Source: an uncultured virus (IMG/VR IMGVR_UViG_3300042868_008818)
Taxonomy: Duplodnaviria; Heunggongvirae; Uroviricota; Caudoviricetes
Reading direction: 5' to 3' (one strand)
Virus record (IMG/VR): IMGVR_UViG_3300042868_008818
Location: 1 to 64,000 of that record
Length of the DNA: 64,000 nt
Positions 59,794 through 64,000 of the stretch are shown here, piece after piece. Made by a program: the position numbers and the translations under genes. Position 1 is the stretch's first letter. The number at the start of each line of letters is the position of its first letter. A model generated the notes under the pieces. The model was not told the origin of the DNA. It did no database searches and saw only the letters and a list, made by a program, of their open reading frames with translations.

Positions 59794-59853
59794 TTTTTAT
59801 TATTATATGTTTATTTAATATTAAAAATATCAATTTTAAGATCTTAGTAAATA

Positions 59854-60327
59854 TTAAACAGTTAAATTGTTATCTAATGATTTGTATATATTTAACATTA
59901 TGTCAAGATCTGATTGTGTGAAAGTTTTTTCTATGCTGAATATGTCATCAAAAAACTCCCCTATTGATTCTTTAATTTTTTTATCGTTTTGATTATAAAA
60001 GATCTCTATAAAAAATAATACGAAGTATTCGTAGTGTTTTCCCTCGTTGGTAAAAAATATACCTTCTTTACCAAAATTATCTATTGTTTTATTCCAACAC
60101 CATTTAAAATGATTGACTATATCTTCTTCCGACATTTTTATTTTGGTTTCAGAATTATCTTCCTCCCCTAAAAATGTTTTTTTAATTAAATCATATAATG
60201 AATATGAAAAATCATAATACAATTCTAATTTTTCCGGTAAAATATTGTTAATTTTAAACCAAGTATCAATATCTTCTTTATTGATAGGTTTAGAGATATA
60301 GTTAAAAAAATTATCCATAGAGTTCAT
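59854..60327 (-). CDS. Hypothetical protein
   Basis: ORF track. Confidence 0.75.
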   Translation of the reverse strand: MNSMDNFFNYISKPINKEDIDTWFKINNILPEKLELYYDFSYSLYDLIKKTFLGEEDNSETKIKMSEEDIVNHFKWCWNKTIDNFGKEGIFFTNEGKHYEYFVLFFIEIFYNQNDKKIKESIGEFFDDIFSIEKTFTQSDLDIMLNIYKSLDNNLTV

Positions 60328-60364
60328 CTATGGATAATTATAGGTTATTATATTTTTATGTAAA

Positions 60365-61471
60365 TTATTGTGTTTTTCTACCGTATGAAATTAAATTTCC
60401 GATTCTTTCTAAATCCTCGTTAATTTTTTTAGACTTTTTACTACTTCTTTTACTTCTTTTTTCCCCACTTTCAACTTTATTTAAAAGATCAGAAGCATCA
60501 TCACTTCCTGGTCTATCTTTAACAATAGGTTGTGGAGATTTATTATAAGCCTTTTTCTTAATTTGACCTAACAAATTCTTTTCTCTAATTTCATTTCTTC
60601 TTTTGTTTGTTGGTGTTTCTACCGCATTTGCCCATTTAGGGTTGTTTCCTGTTCTTGACGATCCAAGAACATTATCTTCAACCCACTCTTTATTAGGTGC
60701 GAATTCATCGTATTCAATATTTTCTAATGCTGCGGCAGTAAAGTTTTCAACGTATTCTGCAACACTATCTGAAGGAACATAAGCCATCTTATCCATTTCT
60801 TCTATCTCCCCATTACCCATTGGGAAATGTTTAGGTTCCATAGTAAATGACTCTTTAGATCCATCTTTCATATAATCTTTCATTTTTTTAGAGACTTCTT
60901 TGTAGTAATCTTGATTTTCTTTTCCTGATTTATCAAAAGATCTTTCATATTCAGAATAACCTCTTGTTTTTTTAGATGGTTTTAATTTCTCTTCAGCTAA
61001 AGTCTCAATTAAATTAACAACTTGTTCTTCACTTAATCTTACAGTTCTACCTAATTTATCGTTGAATATTTCGTACTCATACATTTTTGTTCTAAATGTT
61101 TTTTCTCCCTTATTCCAAAAATCAGATGTTTTTTCCATATTGTCATACATGTCTTCTTCAATTTCTAAAAGACTAGATTCGTTCATTCCACACTCAGAAC
61201 ATTCTCCCTCCATTTTTAATCCACCACACTCACAGATGTCACTTTCATTAACTTCAAATTCGTAGATTGTCTCATCCTCCTCTAAAGAAGATCTATCCAT
61301 ATATTCTTTATTTCCTAATTTAAATTTTTCACCTTTTTTTGTTTTTCTAAGAGCATCAGTAAAAGCGTTTCCTTCTTCCATCTCTTCCTCAACATAATCA
61401 AAAGAATTCCCTGCTTTATTGAATTTCATTGTATCGTATTTTTTGGACATTTCTCCTCTATAGTTTTTCAT
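60365..61471 (-). CDS. Charged low-complexity protein with many (L/I/M/V)xE sites; possible head core/scaffold-like protein
   Basis: MEE, LEE, VNE, MNE, IEE, RLSEEQVVNLIETLAEE, INEDLERI; TATTTAT upstream. Confidence 0.5.
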   Translation of the reverse strand: MKNYRGEMSKKYDTMKFNKAGNSFDYVEEEMEEGNAFTDALRKTKKGEKFKLGNKEYMDRSSLEEDETIYEFEVNESDICECGGLKMEGECSECGMNESSLLEIEEDMYDNMEKTSDFWNKGEKTFRTKMYEYEIFNDKLGRTVRLSEEQVVNLIETLAEEKLKPSKKTRGYSEYERSFDKSGKENQDYYKEVSKKMKDYMKDGSKESFTMEPKHFPMGNGEIEEMDKMAYVPSDSVAEYVENFTAAALENIEYDEFAPNKEWVEDNVLGSSRTGNNPKWANAVETPTNKRRNEIREKNLLGQIKKKAYNKSPQPIVKDRPGSDDASDLLNKVESGEKRSKRSSKKSKKINEDLERIGNLISYGRKTQ

Positions 61472-61496
61472 TTCTTTTTTTATTATAAATATATGA

Positions 61497-62222
61497 TTAT
61501 CCAAGTTTATTCATTTCACTTAAGATAATATCTTTAATAATATCCTCATGAATTTTATATTTACCACTTATCTTTTTTATTACATTTTCTACCGATTGAT
61601 TCTCAAAAATGTTAAGAGCTTTAATATCGCCTTGGTTACAATATGGAAAACGTTTACATTTTTTTTTAACCTGAACGAATTTTCCTCCAGGTAATTGTGT
61701 TTTGGATTTACCTCTCCAATCTTTCTTACTCATAGATTTGGCCCAAGCTCCTGTTGTTTCATATGATCCTGAAGATGAAGATGAAGTCGCTTCCGTGGCC
61801 TCAATTTTTTTAGGTTCTTCACCTGAAAATAAAGGTTCAAAGGATCCTGATCCTCCTGTTGCGGTTGCCTCTTTGGTTTCCGTATTATTTTTTTTAGTAG
61901 TAACTACCATTTCTAAAAAATCCTTTAATTCTTCAGGATCTTTTAAATATTTTTTCATCTCCTGTTTTATCTTGTTTTTTGATAACTTTTTGTTTCTAAT
62001 AAGTTTGTACATTTCAATTATATCCTTCTTATCTTTTAAAAAATCCATATAATGATTTTTTGTATTTTCTCCGTTATCTTCTTCTGTTTGTATTGTTGAT
62101 AATAAATCGTTTTTTGATTGGATGGCAGAGGTAGGGTCTAATTGACCTCCACCCTCATAACCTCTAGCATTTGCAATTACTTCGGAAAAACTTTTTTGTA
62201 TTGCCCCTTTCCAATCTTCCAT
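61497..62222 (-). CDS. Hypothetical protein with duplicated EAT(x)4SGS(F/Y)E motif
   Basis: EATATGGSGSFE and EATSSSSSGSYE; C-terminal IIKDIILSE. Confidence 0.7.
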   Translation of the reverse strand: MEDWKGAIQKSFSEVIANARGYEGGGQLDPTSAIQSKNDLLSTIQTEEDNGENTKNHYMDFLKDKKDIIEMYKLIRNKKLSKNKIKQEMKKYLKDPEELKDFLEMVVTTKKNNTETKEATATGGSGSFEPLFSGEEPKKIEATEATSSSSSGSYETTGAWAKSMSKKDWRGKSKTQLPGGKFVQVKKKCKRFPYCNQGDIKALNIFENQSVENVIKKISGKYKIHEDIIKDIILSEMNKLG

Positions 62223-62224
62223 TT

Positions 62225-62641
62225 TTATTTAAAAATTAAAATATATGTTAATGCTCCAACTATTGATCCTGAAACTATTTCAATAATTGTGTTTTTTGTT
62301 TTTATTTTTTTAATATCTTTTCTTAACTCTTTGTTTTCAGTATCTAATAGTGTTACCTTTTCTTCGGTATCTTTTATTATTATTTCACTATTTTTATCTT
62401 TTTGTTCCAAAAATTTAACAACACCCTCTTCTTTAATTACTTTGGTTTCTAATTCTTTTATTTCTTTTTGATCTAAAATAGATTGTTTTTTTAATTTATC
62501 TAAGTCATTAAGATCTAATAGTATTTGTTTCCCCACATTAACAGGAAAACATATTGTAGTGGTATCTTCTTTTTGTGGTTTAGTTTGACTAAAACCTATA
62601 AAAGACACCATAAAAAATGTTAATAAAATAATTTTTTTCAT
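62225..62641 (-). CDS. Exported coiled-coil protein with C-terminal TM (possible spanin-like)
   Basis: Signal peptide, coiled coil, C-terminal hydrophobic helix. Confidence 0.45.
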   Translation of the reverse strand: MKKIILLTFFMVSFIGFSQTKPQKEDTTTICFPVNVGKQILLDLNDLDKLKKQSILDQKEIKELETKVIKEEGVVKFLEQKDKNSEIIIKDTEEKVTLLDTENKELRKDIKKIKTKNTIIEIVSGSIVGALTYILIFK

Positions 62642-62643
62642 AA

Positions 62644-62997
62644 TTAATATTTGTATCTTTGTTTGAACGAACTGTCAATTTCTTTTTTGTCCATTCCTTT
62701 TATTTGATCTTTCTTTTGTTCGTAATAATTATTTACGGTTGTTTTTTCACTTTTTATTTTTAATATATTTTCATCAATCTTTTCAATATCTTTTTTATAT
62801 GATGTGATAGAATCATTTAATTGTAGTTGTAAGTTTTTAACTTTACTAATGTTTTGATCTAATTGATCTAACTTATAATTTAATAATTCAGACCTATCTT
62901 CAATTGGTTTAAATATCTTAATTAGAATTATTGTTAATAATAATGTTAATACTACTAATAAGATTTCTTTATAATATTTAACTAAAAAATTTTTCAT
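62644..62997 (-). CDS. N-terminal TM coiled-coil protein (possible i-spanin-like)
   Basis: One TM followed by heptad repeats. Confidence 0.45.
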   Translation of the reverse strand: MKNFLVKYYKEILLVVLTLLLTIILIKIFKPIEDRSELLNYKLDQLDQNISKVKNLQLQLNDSITSYKKDIEKIDENILKIKSEKTTVNNYYEQKKDQIKGMDKKEIDSSFKQRYKY

Positions 62998-63569
62998 TTT
63001 TCTTTTGGTGTTTTTTTTCTGTTAGCGATAACTTTTGACCATTTTGCCTTAAACTTTTCGTAATAAGTTCTTAACTTAGTGGTAAATTCAACAAATTCAT
63101 CATTAATGTTTATCATATCTCCGTTTATGTAAACCCCATTTGTTTCACCAATAGAGAAGAAAAATTCAATATCTAAGTCTTGTATTTTACCTGACCATTC
63201 TACGTTATTTGGGTATAAATTAAGAGTATTAAAATCAACTAATTCAGATACTTCACCAACAAACTCGTCCATTGATTCCTGAAATGCGTTTTTATCGTCT
63301 GTTGTTAATTGTAATTCTTTTTTATCTTTACCATTTATTGTCATAAGTCCTCCTGAAATCCTATAGGTTGTTTTCTTTTCAAACTTTCTATCTTCAGGAG
63401 TTTCTTCATTATCTTCGTCGTTGGGTTCTGCGGTTTCATATTCATCATCAGATTCCTTAATTATACCGTAATACTTATTAAGTATGTCTGTTGATTCCTT
63501 CACCATATCTTTGTTAAGAAGATTTCTTGATGCTGACAATAATTTTTTTATTTCTTCCTGTCTATTCAT
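62994..63569 (-). CDS. Hypothetical protein with xxE-rich N-terminal region
   Basis: MNRQEEIKKLL...MVKES...IIKES. Confidence 0.7.
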   Translation of the reverse strand: MNRQEEIKKLLSASRNLLNKDMVKESTDILNKYYGIIKESDDEYETAEPNDEDNEETPEDRKFEKKTTYRISGGLMTINGKDKKELQLTTDDKNAFQESMDEFVGEVSELVDFNTLNLYPNNVEWSGKIQDLDIEFFFSIGETNGVYINGDMININDEFVEFTTKLRTYYEKFKAKWSKVIANRKKTPKEK

Positions 63570-64000
63570 TTTCTAATAATTTACTAAATAATTCAAAATT
63601 AAAGGCCGGACTTAAGTCTGTAATCTCACTTAAATAATTACTTTTTGTGACAATACCTTCAAAATTTTCAATACCATTTATTTTTGTGTTGTTTCCCAAA
63701 ATTTTGACCTCAATATTGTTATCACCACATAATTTTAAACATAAGTCTGAAGTAGATTTCATCTGATCTTCAGTATATGGTTGCCAATAATAATAATCTC
63801 TCCATCTTCTTTGGAAAACTTCACTATTATAAATATTGCCAATCCAGTTAATGTAACCAGTTTTTAATGGTTGTTTTTCTAACCAACCTAAATTTTCTAA
63901 ACAAACAAAAATTGCGTTTTTATTTAAATCATTTTTATTAAAAAATTTTGAGTATTCTTGATCCTCCAATAACTTAACTATTTTACCTTCCCGATCAATA
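63562..64000 (-). CDS. N-acetylmuramoyl-L-alanine amidase-like protein (5' partial)
   Basis: Frame continues to the window edge (IDREGKI); AIFVCLEN, YTEDQ, DLSPAF resemble the amidase_2 fold. Confidence 0.55.
   Translation of the reverse strand, partial: IDREGKIVKLLEDQEYSKFFNKNDLNKNAIFVCLENLGWLEKQPLKTGYINWIGNIYNSEVFQRRWRDYYYWQPYTEDQMKSTSDLCLKLCGDNNIEVKILGNNTKINGIENFEGIVTKSNYLSEITDLSPAFNFELFSKLLENE

Noticed and set aside
2721..62471. Many other short ORFs overlapping longer genes (e.g. 9468-9935, 40317-40739, 52167-52880, 61702-62471)
   Set aside because: Antisense or out-of-frame shadows with F/L/S/I-biased composition and no promoter context.
1..64000. Alternative genetic code (stop-codon recoding), as in some large phages
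   Set aside because: Conserved genes are intact in code 11, and TAG and TGA both end genes at sensible places (e.g. thyA ends in TAG).
1..64000. Cellular or eukaryotic giant-virus origin
   Set aside because: No ribosomal or core cellular operons; bacterial promoters, terminators and coupled genes fit a bacteriophage. No hallmark virion gene is in the window, so this remains inference.
1..64000. tRNA, rRNA or CRISPR arrays
   Set aside because: No cloverleaf/T-loop signature or regular repeat-spacer array found by eye in the intergenic gaps; a tRNAscan run would be needed to exclude them fully.

Overview
AT-rich, very gene-dense segment, mostly on the minus strand, with many overlapping stop/start codons and bacterial intrinsic terminators. 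It reads as the accessory/metabolic arm of a large (jumbo-type) dsDNA phage, probably infecting a Bacteroidota host: TAnnTTTG -7 promoter elements, no Shine-Dalgarno motifs, and Bacteroidota-type domain families. The standard genetic code fits. Recognisable genes: thyA, uvrC, dnaJ, rmlB, rlpA, thioredoxin, glutaredoxin, two DNA methyltransferases, RNA ligase, kinase/HAD/metallophosphoesterases, NUDIX, GNAT, a DHH protein, and a lysis-like end. No capsid, terminase, polymerase, tRNA or CRISPR was seen. Main hidden structure: genes fall into two promoter classes. One class has host-type TAnnTTTG, the other has TATTTAT, and both often lie only 4-7 nt before the ATG. About 20 otherwise unrelated proteins in TATTTAT-headed units share a short N-terminal leader ending in (I/L)-x-E (MKNLIRNILKE, MKIIITExQ...). 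The same motif recurs internally as a joint between shuffled modules in polyprotein-like ORFs. I infer a capsid-targeting, prohead-protease-cleaved cargo system with diverse payloads. One payload lies in an ORF missed by the ORF track (<1..1817): a stand-alone cyanophycin synthetase N domain with an intact Cx19HxxEH motif, fused to an ADP-ribosyltransferase-like module. All family calls are by eye from motifs; no searches were run.
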